Source: an uncultured bacterium (GTDB taxonomy: Bacteria; Patescibacteriota; Minisyncoccia; Phycocordibacterales; CAINVO01). Taken from it: a DNA stretch of 64,000 bases. Under the pieces are notes generated by a model. It did not search any database, was not told where the DNA came from, and was given only the letters and a program-made list of their open reading frames with translations. Below are positions 39,568 to 49,276 of the stretch, piece by piece; position 1 is the first letter of the stretch; each line of letters begins with the position of its first letter. The stretch spans positions 2,557 through 66,556 of the forward strand of contig CAINVO010000029.1 of assembly GCA_903854195.1 (NCBI GenBank), in the 5' to 3' direction. The translations under genes and the position numbers were made by a program.

Positions 39568-40770
39568 TTATTTAAATAATTTATTTGCTTCTTTGTTAAT
39601 ACTAATCGGAAACTCAACGTGAAAAATGGTACCTTTATCCTCTTTTGACTCGAACCAAACCTTCCCCCCTGAATTATCAACAACGGCCTTAACTATATAC
39701 AGCCCAAGCCCTGTACCCTCAGTATCCCTTTGTCTCACATTATCAGCTCTAAAAAGTTTTGAGAAAATCCGATTTTGCTGATTTTCTGGTATTCCATAAC
39801 CCGTATCTGAAATTGAAAATGTAAAAGTTTTATTTTTTAAATTTTGAGATAGAGTCAATTTTATTTTACCCCTATCTGGTGTGTATTTAACCGAGTTAGA
39901 TAATAAATTTTCAAAAATTATTCTTAGAACTTTAGGGTCAGACTGCACTATGGGAAATTTTGTTTCAAAATCAAAAGAAGTCTTTATTCCTTTTGCTTCT
40001 ATTTGAGGTTTTTGATCGTTAACTACGTTTTGTACAAGCTGAGTTACGTCTGTTTGTTCAAGTTCAAAAGTGAATGTTCCAAGATCCATTCGAGAAACAC
40101 TAAGAAGTGCATTTACAAGACTTACCATTCTCTGATTTCCCCTATACACCTCCTTTAGATATTTTTCTTGTTCTGGATTTAATTTTCCAACATCCCCAGC
40201 AAGAAGCATCTCTGTGTACCAATTAATAGTAGAGAGCGGCGTACGTAGTTGATGTGAAGCAAGTGAAACAAATTCCGTTTTAGTTTTATCAATTTCTTTC
40301 TCTTTTGTTATGTCTCTGAATGTCTCTACCACGCCAATAATTTCATTATTCAAAATAATTGGGGTCACAATACTACTTGCAGGAAACCTGCTTTTATTTT
40401 TACAAATATAGTAAAAGGGATTTGTTAAATCAGCCATAACAATTTCTCCTGATAAAACTTTAGTAAGAATTCTTTCATTAAACTCCACAACTTCACCCTT
40501 TTCTGACTCACGAGGCACAACCTCTACCACGTACTTTCCAATAACTTCTGCGGATTTCCAACCAACCATTTGTTCAAAGGCCTGATTAACGTAAGTTATT
40601 TTTCCCTCTTTATCCACAACCACCAGACCCTCACCAATACTTGAAAGAATCGCTTCGTCTAGCGCTTTTTTTTGAAGAAGTTCTTTTTCGTTATCAGCCA
40701 AGTCCTCAAGAATGTTTAAAATCGCTTTTTTTAATGGCATATAATCTCGTTTAACTTTTAAGACTGGCAT
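39568..40770 (-). CDS. Cytoplasmic PAS-domain sensor histidine kinase
   Basis: PAS domain, then ASHQLRTPL H-box, NLLSNSVKY, DTGYGI and GTGLGL. Confidence 0.93.
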   Translation of the reverse strand: MPVLKVKRDYMPLKKAILNILEDLADNEKELLQKKALDEAILSSIGEGLVVVDKEGKITYVNQAFEQMVGWKSAEVIGKYVVEVVPRESEKGEVVEFNERILTKVLSGEIVMADLTNPFYYICKNKSRFPASSIVTPIILNNEIIGVVETFRDITKEKEIDKTKTEFVSLASHQLRTPLSTINWYTEMLLAGDVGKLNPEQEKYLKEVYRGNQRMVSLVNALLSVSRMDLGTFTFELEQTDVTQLVQNVVNDQKPQIEAKGIKTSFDFETKFPIVQSDPKVLRIIFENLLSNSVKYTPDRGKIKLTLSQNLKNKTFTFSISDTGYGIPENQQNRIFSKLFRADNVRQRDTEGTGLGLYIVKAVVDNSGGKVWFESKEDKGTIFHVEFPISINKEANKLFK

Positions 40771-41368
40771 TTTTGAATTCTTTAAGTTCTCTAATTTCTT
40801 TTTTTAATTCTATCATTTTTAACTCTCTACCAACCATTGTCCCATTCAAAAACTCTAAATCTTTTACCTTATCAGCAATTTCTCTTGTTCTCTCTTCAAC
40901 TTTATGTTCAAGCTCTGTTGTGTATTCGGCCAGTCTTTGTTCAAGCTCCTTTCTAGCAGTAATGTCTTCCATCGCCAACACAATCATATGTGCTGTATCT
41001 ATATCTATTTGTCTAGCGTTAAGTAAAATTGTTTTTTCCCCAATTTGTTGAAACGTATGTTTAACCTCATAATCCTTAACAACTTTTTTCATCGGCAAAA
41101 TTTCTTCTAGCAAACTTTTTAAAAGTGGTATGTTCCATTGTCCATTACCTAATTCATACAAAAAAACATTCTCCGTCTGTTCTGGAGAAACTTGAAAATT
41201 TTGGTAGAAAGTTATGTTTGCTGAAACAACTCTTAGATCGGAATCCAGAATCAAAAAAGACTCTCTGGCTACCTCTACTAGGGTTTTCATATAATGTAAC
41301 GCGAGTTCTTGGGATGCTTTTAATCTATTCTTTTTGGCTTTAAGCGTTTTTTTATTGTTCATTGTCAT
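40751..41368 (-). CDS. PAS-domain protein with C-terminal coiled coil
   Basis: VVSANITFY..LYELGNGQWNIP.L..LL; ends MVGRELKMIELK. Confidence 0.75.
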   Translation of the reverse strand: MTMNNKKTLKAKKNRLKASQELALHYMKTLVEVARESFLILDSDLRVVSANITFYQNFQVSPEQTENVFLYELGNGQWNIPLLKSLLEEILPMKKVVKDYEVKHTFQQIGEKTILLNARQIDIDTAHMIVLAMEDITARKELEQRLAEYTTELEHKVEERTREIADKVKDLEFLNGTMVGRELKMIELKKEIRELKEFKNASLKS

Positions 41369-41653
41369 TTTTTACTCCTTCCTATTGAAAGCCAAGGCTA
41401 AGATACTATAATAAATTACTGTCTTATAAGGGTTATTTCTAATTTTACATGGAATTTTATTTATGGATGTTAGTGAAAGTCTATCTTCACTAATGGTATT
41501 GCCGGCCCAAACAACAAACCATTACAAAATACTTAAGATAAGCAAATTAGCCCTAAAAACTACATATTCATAAGGCAACTTGAGTCATATTGCCACCAAG
41601 CGAAAATTCATATATCTTGGTAGAATATTAGGCAGTTAGATAATAAAAATTAT

Positions 41654-41726
41654 GCGCGGTTAGCTCAGTTGGTAGAGCGCAACATTGACGTTGTTGATGT
41701 CGGGGGTTCGAATCCCTCACCGCGCA
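41654..41726 (+). tRNA. tRNA-Val(GAC)
   Basis: GCGCGGT/ACCGCGC stem, CAACA-TT-GAC-GT-TGTTG, GGTTCGAATCC. Confidence 0.95.
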
Positions 41727-41755
41727 CAAAAAAAACACATAAAATTTTATTTATT

Positions 41756-43021
41756 ATGAAAATACTAGGAATAGAAACGAGCTGCGACGAAACAGCAATA
41801 TGCATAATTGAAGCGACAGAAAGTAATCAGGAAAACCTTGGAACTCTAGCATCGACATCGGCTCCAACGTCGACATCAACCTCAAACATTTCCATTCTAG
41901 GCAATGCTCTAAATTCTCAAACAAAAATACATGAAAAATATGGTGGAGTATTTCCAATGATGGCTAAACGTGAGCATGTCGCAAACATCATGCCCCTACT
42001 CGAGAATGCACTTAGTGAAGCTGAGCTTTTGCAAAAAAACAATCCAGTTAAAATATCACAAAATGACCTTGAAAAAATAAAAGGAATATTCAAAAAAGAA
42101 ATTGGCTTATGTGAAAATTTTATAAATTTTATTTCAACTTTTAATAAGCCTGAGATAGAGGCTATTGCCGTTACCGAAGGACCAGGACTTGAACCAGCAC
42201 TTTGGGTGGGAATAAACACTGCAATTTGTCTTGGAATCGTTTGGAGTATTCCTGTCATCCCTACCAACCACATGGAGGGTCATATAGTTTCATCTCTACT
42301 TGTTCCAAATATTTCACCAAAAGATGATAAAGAAAAAATAGTAACAGAACAAATCGCAAAAATATCATTTCCAGCAATTTCCCTACTCATTTCTGGTGGG
42401 CACACTGAGCTTGTACTACTGAACGATTGGCACTCCTATGAAATTATTGGTCAAACGAAAGATGACGCTGTTGGCGAAGCCTTTGATAAAGTAGCTCGAA
42501 TGCTTGAACTACCCTATCCAGGAGGACCTCACATTTCCACACTTGCAGCAGAATATAGATCATCAGGAATATATAGCAAAAACCACAAGGAGTCAGGCGA
42601 ACTAGAAAAAATATCTTTTCCACGCCCAATGATTAAATCTCCCGATTTTGATTTTTCTTTTTCTGGACTGAAAACTGCTGTTTTGTATTTTTTGAAAAAA
42701 AACCCTGATGCAAATAAAAACGCTGTCGCTTGTGAGTTTGAAGATGCAGCCACTGAAGTTTTGATTGAAAAAACAAAAAAAGCCTTAGAAAAATATGCTG
42801 CACAAACACTCATCCTTGGAGGTGGGGTGACTGCAAATACTTACATACGAAAAAATTTTGCTGATTTAGCTGAAAATCTTAATATAAAAATTTATTTGCC
42901 AATTCAACAACTCTCCACAGACAACGCCATAATGATAGCCATAGCTGGATACCTAAAATATTCACATGACGGGGTTAGCACTTTAGATATCAAGGCTCGA
43001 GGAAATTTATCATTGCAATAA
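41756..43021 (+). CDS. tsaD: tRNA N6-adenosine threonylcarbamoyltransferase
   Basis: MKILGIETSCDET, GPGL, NHMEGH, SGGHT, DDAVGEAFDK, FSFSGLKT and TDNA. The ORF-track start at 41669 lies inside the tRNA. Confidence 0.93.
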   Translation: MKILGIETSCDETAICIIEATESNQENLGTLASTSAPTSTSTSNISILGNALNSQTKIHEKYGGVFPMMAKREHVANIMPLLENALSEAELLQKNNPVKISQNDLEKIKGIFKKEIGLCENFINFISTFNKPEIEAIAVTEGPGLEPALWVGINTAICLGIVWSIPVIPTNHMEGHIVSSLLVPNISPKDDKEKIVTEQIAKISFPAISLLISGGHTELVLLNDWHSYEIIGQTKDDAVGEAFDKVARMLELPYPGGPHISTLAAEYRSSGIYSKNHKESGELEKISFPRPMIKSPDFDFSFSGLKTAVLYFLKKNPDANKNAVACEFEDAATEVLIEKTKKALEKYAAQTLILGGGVTANTYIRKNFADLAENLNIKIYLPIQQLSTDNAIMIAIAGYLKYSHDGVSTLDIKARGNLSLQ

Positions 43022-43044
43022 CAAGTTGCATGTGTAATAATTTT

Positions 43045-43190
43045 TTTGTGTGAGTGGCAGTCATCACATGCCTAGTCGACGAGGGTATTTTCGTCACACC
43101 TACCTGCACATTGAGGTAGCATATAGCTCCTCGGCTCTTGTTTTGCCACATTCCATGTGTGCAAGCTAGGGCTGAGGAGCTTCTTTTTTT
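43045..43190 (+). ncRNA. Candidate ~145-nt multi-hairpin small RNA or cis-regulator upstream of valS
   Basis: Three short hairpins, then a long AGCTCCTCGGCTCT/AGGGCTGAGGAGCT stem with T-tract; TTGCAA..TG-TAATAAT promoter-like sequence upstream. Confidence 0.45.
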
Positions 43191-43251
43191 AGAAATTTGC
43201 ATAAATATAAATACTTCAAAAAACAGTGTGTTTCTGGTAGAATAGCCTGCA

Positions 43252-45519
43252 ATGAAAGACCAAATAAACGAACAGAATACTTTTATAAATTCAGCCAACA
43301 TTCCCGAGGAATTTCTAAAACCTTACGAACCAACAGAAGTTGAACCGAATATTCTAAAATCATGGGAAGAAAGTGGTTTTTTCAATCCTGATGTATGTAT
43401 AGAGAAAGGCCTAACAAAACCTGACGCAGAAGCATTTAGTATAGTACTACCACCTCCAAATGTAACAGGCACCCTTCACATGGGTGGAGCTCTTATGGTG
43501 GCTATCGAAGACACTCTTGTTCGATATCACAGAATGAATGGTAAAAAAACTCTTTGGATACCTGGCACTGACCATGCAGGCATTGCAACCCAATCAAAAG
43601 TTGAAAAAATAATTCTAAAAGAAGAAGGCCTTAGAAGACACGATCTTGGCCGCGAAGAACTTGTTAAAAGAATTGAAAAATTTGCAAAAGAAAGTCACGA
43701 TACCCTGGTAAGTCAAATTAAAAATATGGGTGCAAGTATAGACTGGTCACGTGAAGCTTTTACTTTAGATGAAAAGCGTTCAATTTCTGTACGTACTGCT
43801 TTTAAAAAAATGTATGATGACGGATTAATTTATCAAGGAGATCGTGTGGTGAACTGGGATCCCAAAGGTCAGACTACAATTTCTGACGATGAAATTGTTT
43901 ACGGGGAACGCAAAGCTATTTTTTATACTTTTAAATATTCTAAGGATTTTCCAATTTCAATCTCGACTACACGCCCTGAAACAAAAGTTGGAGATACAGC
44001 TGTTGCGGTCCACCCAGATGACACTAGATACCAAGAGTATGTTGGAAAAGAATACGATATAAACTTTGCTGGTGTTCCAATCCATATTCGCATCATCGCT
44101 GATCGTGAAGTTGACCCAGAGTTTGGAACTGGTGCACTTGGAGTGACTCCAGCGCACAGTCAAACTGATGCTGATATTGGACGCCGACATGGTTTGCCAA
44201 CAGTTCAAGTTATAAATGAATATGCAAAAATGATGGTTGTAGGTGATCTTAATGGTCTAAAAACCACTGAGGCTCGTGAAAAAATAGTTGAATGGCTCCG
44301 ATCAGAGAGTCTGCTAGAAAAAGAAGAGGAAGTTACTCAAAATGTTTCTACAGCTGAACGCACAGGTGGCATCATAGAACCACTTCCAAAGCTACAGTGG
44401 TTTATAAATGTAAATAAAAAATTTACAATTCCTCACTCAAACATTTCTGGTATCTCTTCAGGCCAAGAGATCAGTCTTAAAGAACTTATGCATCAAGCTG
44501 TTGCTGGTGGAGATATTTCTATTCTCCCTGATCGATTTGAAAAAACATATTCACATTGGATAGATAATCTACGTGATTGGTGTATTAGTCGTCAGATTTG
44601 GTATGGACATCGCATACCAGTTTGGTACAAAAAAAATGCAGAGGAAACAGAAATGCATGTTGGAGTAGAAGCACCAGTTGGTGAAGGGTGGGAACAAGAC
44701 CCTGATACACTCGACACTTGGTTTTCATCAAGCCTTTGGACTTTCTCCACTCTTGGATGGCCAGAGAAAACATTGGATTTAAAAACATATCATTCCACTT
44801 CCCTTCTTGAAACAGGATATGACATACTTTTTTTCTGGGTAGCCCGCATGATTTTAATGAGCACCTATCTTCTTGGTGATGTGCCCTTCAAAACAGTTTA
44901 CTTACACGGACTTATTCGTGATGCTCAGGGTAGAAAAATCAGCAAATCTCTTGGAAATAACATTGATCCCGTAGACATGATACAAAAATATGGAGCTGAT
45001 GCCGTAAGAATGTCACTTATCGTAGGAACAGGTCCAGGCAATGACAGTAAAATGTCCGAGGACAAACTCAAAGCCTACAAGCATTTTGGAAATAAAATCT
45101 GGAATATTACTCGTTTTATCCTGCAATCTACTGACGGGGTAACCTTTGATGAAAATTTTGACAAATGGAGTGAGTCTGACATTGAACTGATTAAAACTAG
45201 AGATGAAGAAATAAAATCAATAACAAAAGAAACCGAGGAATACAAAATACATCTTGCGGCAGATAGACTTTACCAATACATTTGGCATGTGCTTGCTGAT
45301 AATATTCTTGAAGATAGTAAAAAAATATTTGAATCTGATCACCAAGCAAACAAAACATCTAGACAGCAATTTTTGCTTCACACCTTACGCAAGCTTTTGA
45401 TTGTTCTTCATCCATTTATGCCATTTATTACAGAAAAAATATGGGACACACTTTCTGAAGACAAAATCGGTAAAAAGTCAGCACAACTTTTGATGGTAGA
45501 AAATTGGCCGAAGGATTAA
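43252..45519 (+). CDS. valS: Valine--tRNA ligase (lacks C-terminal coiled coil)
   Basis: PPPNVTGTLHMGG, TTRPET, DWCISRQIWYGH, DTWFSS and KISKS motifs. Confidence 0.95.
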   Translation: MKDQINEQNTFINSANIPEEFLKPYEPTEVEPNILKSWEESGFFNPDVCIEKGLTKPDAEAFSIVLPPPNVTGTLHMGGALMVAIEDTLVRYHRMNGKKTLWIPGTDHAGIATQSKVEKIILKEEGLRRHDLGREELVKRIEKFAKESHDTLVSQIKNMGASIDWSREAFTLDEKRSISVRTAFKKMYDDGLIYQGDRVVNWDPKGQTTISDDEIVYGERKAIFYTFKYSKDFPISISTTRPETKVGDTAVAVHPDDTRYQEYVGKEYDINFAGVPIHIRIIADREVDPEFGTGALGVTPAHSQTDADIGRRHGLPTVQVINEYAKMMVVGDLNGLKTTEAREKIVEWLRSESLLEKEEEVTQNVSTAERTGGIIEPLPKLQWFINVNKKFTIPHSNISGISSGQEISLKELMHQAVAGGDISILPDRFEKTYSHWIDNLRDWCISRQIWYGHRIPVWYKKNAEETEMHVGVEAPVGEGWEQDPDTLDTWFSSSLWTFSTLGWPEKTLDLKTYHSTSLLETGYDILFFWVARMILMSTYLLGDVPFKTVYLHGLIRDAQGRKISKSLGNNIDPVDMIQKYGADAVRMSLIVGTGPGNDSKMSEDKLKAYKHFGNKIWNITRFILQSTDGVTFDENFDKWSESDIELIKTRDEEIKSITKETEEYKIHLAADRLYQYIWHVLADNILEDSKKIFESDHQANKTSRQQFLLHTLRKLLIVLHPFMPFITEKIWDTLSEDKIGKKSAQLLMVENWPKD

Positions 45520-45599
45520 AAACAAAAGTCACAGATAACTATTGGCAACTAGATTAGATAGATACTAAAAAATCAGATATAATATACGCAAGTAATATT

Positions 45600-46340
45600 A
45601 TGTTCTCAAAGTCATTTGATTTATTCTTTCACAGCCTCCCTGTTTTTACTGCAAGCGCAGACACTATATCTTATGCATTTATCGGTGGAATTTTTCCAGC
45701 ATTAGTTTGGCTTTGGTTTTGGCTACACGAAGACCAACACCCTGAACCAATTAGACTTATCGTTCGAACTTTTCTAATGGGAATGTTAGCGGTTATTTTA
45801 GTAGCACCAATTGAGCAAATTATTGCAAACTTTTTTCCTTCACAAAGTTTTCAGGTTTATTATTTTTGGGCTGCCGCTGAAGAAATTTTAAAATTTTTAG
45901 CTGCCTGGGTAATAGCACTAAGGAGCAAGGCATTTGATGAGCCAGTTGACGCTTTTATATACCTAACAACAGCTGCACTTGGCTTTGCAGCCCTTGAAAA
46001 TACTTTTTTTACACTTACACCACTACTACACAACGACCCAATACAGAGTATCCTCACGGGTAATATGCGCTTTATTGGAGCTAGTCTTCTACACATAGTT
46101 ACGTCTGGAACATTAGCAATTTTTATTGGATTATCTTATTACAAAAAGCCATGGCTCAAAAGAGTCGCAACAGGTGTGGGATTATTCCTTGCAATTACAT
46201 TGCATGCTATCTTCAATTTCTTTATAATGATAAATGAAGGTAGTGGAACCTTTATTGTTTTTGCTTCCGTATGGGTCGCAATAATAATAATAATTTTCTC
46301 TCTTGAAAAAATAAAATCAATTAACTATAAAACAACATGA
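45600..46340 (+). CDS. PrsW-family intramembrane metalloprotease
   Basis: EEILK, GFAALEN, LLH and HAIFN motifs. Confidence 0.85.
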   Translation: MFSKSFDLFFHSLPVFTASADTISYAFIGGIFPALVWLWFWLHEDQHPEPIRLIVRTFLMGMLAVILVAPIEQIIANFFPSQSFQVYYFWAAAEEILKFLAAWVIALRSKAFDEPVDAFIYLTTAALGFAALENTFFTLTPLLHNDPIQSILTGNMRFIGASLLHIVTSGTLAIFIGLSYYKKPWLKRVATGVGLFLAITLHAIFNFFIMINEGSGTFIVFASVWVAIIIIIFSLEKIKSINYKTT

Positions 46341-46864
46341 AAGACAAAAGATCTTTTTTTGAACGATTAACTGGCAGCGTCAGCCTAGATGACGAGTACA
46401 CTGACGAACTAGAAGAAGAAACAGTGGAAGAAGAAACCTCACTCAAAACCTCTAAAAAAGCTAAGCACATTGGAGTCACAGCTTCAGCTGCTGGTAGTGG
46501 GCTTGCTTCTTGGATAGAAGAAGAAGCCGGAGAAGGCCAACTTTCTGTTGACGTGTATGAGACAGACAAAGAAATTATCATTAAAACCATGGTAGCTGGT
46601 GTTAAACGTGAAGATATGGATATTTCCCTAACACGGGACATGGTCACAATCAGAGGTAAACGAGAAGAGGAACAAAACATCTCCGATGAAGACTACATTC
46701 ATCAAGAACTTTACTGGGGTTCATTTTCAAGAAGTATTTTATTGCCCCATGAAGTAGAAATCGAAGAAGCTGAAGCCTCCGAAAGTCAGGGACTGCTTGT
46801 TATAAAACTCCCAAAGATTGACAAAGATCGTCAGACAAAACTTAAAGTTACAAAGTCACTTTAG
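46337..46864 (+). CDS. Hsp20/alpha-crystallin small heat-shock protein
   Basis: VDVYET..VAGV..ELYWGSFSRSILLP..GLLVIKLPK. Confidence 0.9.
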   Translation: MKDKRSFFERLTGSVSLDDEYTDELEEETVEEETSLKTSKKAKHIGVTASAAGSGLASWIEEEAGEGQLSVDVYETDKEIIIKTMVAGVKREDMDISLTRDMVTIRGKREEEQNISDEDYIHQELYWGSFSRSILLPHEVEIEEAEASESQGLLVIKLPKIDKDRQTKLKVTKSL

Positions 46865-46887
46865 GATTCAATCAAAAAAACAAAAGA

Positions 46888-46924
46888 AAAACTCGGTCGG
46901 AACAATGTTCCGACCGAGTTTTTT
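46888..46924. terminator. Bidirectional terminator
   Basis: AAAACTCGGTCGGAACA-A-TGTTCCGACCGAGTTTT perfect inverted repeat. Confidence 0.75.
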
Positions 46925-46953
46925 ATTTTTTTTCACCAAATATCAAATGGTTA

Positions 46954-47541
46954 TTAGACTCTCTCTGAGCTTTTTTCGTATTCGTCAGTCTTCCCTTTTA
47001 AAACAAGGAAACAGACCAAAACACAACTCATAACCAATGTGGTTATAATGCCATATGGCAGAAACAGTCCCAGCAGGAGACCAGTAACATAATATGCCGC
47101 GAACGGATCTGTGATGTCAGAATTCTTCCAAATGATGGGCCTGATAAGGCAGACCAATGCTCCAACAAAAATTCCCAAAACAATTTGAGCAAAAATGTTC
47201 CAAGCAACAATCCCCTTGTTCATAACTGAAATCATAAAGATGTCAAAGCCCACCATAATCCCAATTAAGGCGCCGTGTAGCGCATACTCTGAGTTCTTCT
47301 TGATACAGAACGGCTGCACCAAAATCCAAAGAAGAATCCCCGCTGGAATAAATGCCGTCAGGTTCCACAATGGATTTACATCCAAAGGTTTGATGAAGAT
47401 CAAATCCCAGATTTTGATTTGTGGGTTTTGACCAATATGCATCATGTAAACTGGTGGCGATATGGATGCAATGATAACAAGCATGAAGAGAAGGCTCTTC
47501 AGAATGACAAGCTCGTTGCTATTGTTACTTTCCTTTTTCAT
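46954..47541 (-). CDS. Hypothetical multi-pass membrane protein
   Basis: About 5-6 TMs; TTGACA (47585-90) and AGGAG upstream. Confidence 0.6.
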   Translation of the reverse strand: MKKESNNSNELVILKSLLFMLVIIASISPPVYMMHIGQNPQIKIWDLIFIKPLDVNPLWNLTAFIPAGILLWILVQPFCIKKNSEYALHGALIGIMVGFDIFMISVMNKGIVAWNIFAQIVLGIFVGALVCLIRPIIWKNSDITDPFAAYYVTGLLLGLFLPYGIITTLVMSCVLVCFLVLKGKTDEYEKSSERV

Positions 47542-47636
47542 ATTTTCAATTTTCTCCTTTCTGTATATTACATATCTGCATGTTTGTCAAAAAAATGCAG
47601 ACACAAAAAAACACCCAAATGGGTGCTTTTTTGTAT

Positions 47637-47712
47637 TGGTGCCGAGGGGCGGACTTGAACCGCCGACCCCATGCTCTTCAGGCACATGCTCTACCAACTG
47701 AGCTACCTCGGC
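47637..47712 (-). tRNA. tRNA-Phe(GAA), CCA encoded
   Basis: Minus strand GCCGAGG..CT-GAA-GA..GGTTCAAGTCC..CCTCGGC-ACCA. Confidence 0.95.
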
Positions 47713-47796
47713 ATATATTTATCATCCTACTCAACCAACAACTATACTTACATATTACTTATAATTTAAATTTCAAAATAAGGCAAATCCTCAAAT

Positions 47797-48051
47797 CTAT
47801 ATACCTCTAAGTAAGGTATCAATACCAGGGAGATTAGTGCCAGTTACTGAATGGTATACCTCGTTCATCCTTTCAAAAACAGGCTGAATATAGTACACAC
47901 CTCCCACAATAATCGCGACCAAAATCATCCATCTAATAACGGAGAAAAACTGTGAAATCTTAACGGATCTCTGCATTTTTTTGAGGATTTTATGGTTTTC
48001 CTCAACAACGCGTCTTAGGGCAATTATTTCCTCTTTCAATTCTTCATCCAT
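47797..48051 (-). CDS. Small membrane protein
   Basis: EENHKILKKMQR coil followed by TM ending YYIQP. Confidence 0.7.
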   Translation of the reverse strand: MDEELKEEIIALRRVVEENHKILKKMQRSVKISQFFSVIRWMILVAIIVGGVYYIQPVFERMNEVYHSVTGTNLPGIDTLLRGI

Positions 48052-48074
48052 GGGCTAATTGTAGCAAAAGTGAC

Positions 48075-49013
48075 CTATTTTGACCAGCGAGCAAAGATAC
48101 CGCAAGAAAGTAATCTTGCAGACCTATCCTTAATTGAAAGCTCTCCTGACTCAATTTTTCCACCTAGACTATCTTTTAATGGCAGGATGATGTTTTCATA
48201 TGCTAGCGGTGAATATCCAGCAGCATATCCATTTACTAAAAAGAAAACTGGATTATCTGACAAAAGTTTAAAGCAAAGATCAAGCAATTCTGGAAGTTGT
48301 TTTTCAATTTTCCAGGTTTTACCTGTTGGGCTTCTTCCAAAGGCTGGGGGGTCCATTAGAATAGCATCGTATTTTTTACCTCGACGAACTTCTTTTTGAA
48401 CAAACTCAAGAGCGTCATCCAACATCCATCTAATGGAATCGGTTTTATTATTTTCTTTTCCCCCTTCTTTTTTTACCCCAAGACCCGACAAAACCGCATT
48501 TTCTTTTGCCCAAGCAATTGCCGCCTTTGATGCATCCACGTGAGTCACGTTCGCGCCAGACATCGCACATGATATCGTTGCTCCACCCGTGTATCCAAAT
48601 AAATTAAGAACTTCTATTTTTTTGTCTTCACCAAAGACTTGATCATCTATTCTTTTTTCAATCTGTTCTTTCATCCACATCCACTGAACTTCTTGTTCTG
48701 GAAAAAGACCCATATGCTTAAAAGGTGTTGGTTTTATAACTAGCTTTAATCCAGAATAATCAATATTCCATTTTTCAGGCATATCAGTTTTCTTTTTCCA
48801 ACTACCAGTGCGACCATCACCAACTTCAAAAGATGCGTCGATTTTTTTCCACTCTGAATCAGCCAATGCTGGTTGCCACAAAGCTTGTGGGTCGGGTCTT
48901 GATACTAAAAATGACCCGAATCTTTCGAGTTTTTTTCCATCACCCGTATCCAAAAGCTCATATTCTGGCTGGCTTTCTGTAATTAAAATTAGACTATTCT
49001 TTGAATCTTTCAT
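48075..49013 (-). CDS. SAM-dependent methyltransferase (RlmI/RlmK-like)
   Basis: YELLDTGDGKKLERFG, HMGLFPEQ, VLNLFGYTG and DPPAFG. Confidence 0.85.
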   Translation of the reverse strand: MKDSKNSLILITESQPEYELLDTGDGKKLERFGSFLVSRPDPQALWQPALADSEWKKIDASFEVGDGRTGSWKKKTDMPEKWNIDYSGLKLVIKPTPFKHMGLFPEQEVQWMWMKEQIEKRIDDQVFGEDKKIEVLNLFGYTGGATISCAMSGANVTHVDASKAAIAWAKENAVLSGLGVKKEGGKENNKTDSIRWMLDDALEFVQKEVRRGKKYDAILMDPPAFGRSPTGKTWKIEKQLPELLDLCFKLLSDNPVFFLVNGYAAGYSPLAYENIILPLKDSLGGKIESGELSIKDRSARLLSCGIFARWSK

Positions 49014-49015
49014 AT

Positions 49016-49273
49016 TTAAAAGTCAGCATTATCGCTGGCTAAATCCAAGATAGCATCATTCATCTGAAAATCAAAACTGGCCTCAAGATCTGACTGCTCT
49101 TCAACCTCATCAACCATATCCATACGTGATTCATCAGAATCATCTTCTTTCGTATATTTACTATATTTTACATCAATATCAAGTAGTAATTTTTTTACTC
49201 TTTCTCTATCCTCTTTTAGAAATTTTCTTAGTTCCTCACCTTTTAGATTTTTTAATTTTGATTGTATGGTCAT
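49016..49273 (-). CDS. Small acidic hypothetical protein
   Basis: Tightly packed in an operon (2-3 nt gaps). Confidence 0.55.
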   Translation of the reverse strand: MTIQSKLKNLKGEELRKFLKEDRERVKKLLLDIDVKYSKYTKEDDSDESRMDMVDEVEEQSDLEASFDFQMNDAILDLASDNADF

Positions 49274-49276
49274 ATT

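Noticed and set aside
43045-43190. T-box riboswitch or SRP RNA upstream of valS
   Set aside because: The T-box consensus, specifier stem motifs and SRP domain IV motif are absent, and the region is short for a T-box.
43252-45519. valS and infB as truncated pseudogenes
   Set aside because: Catalytic motifs are intact and only dispensable terminal domains are missing, consistent with genome streamlining.
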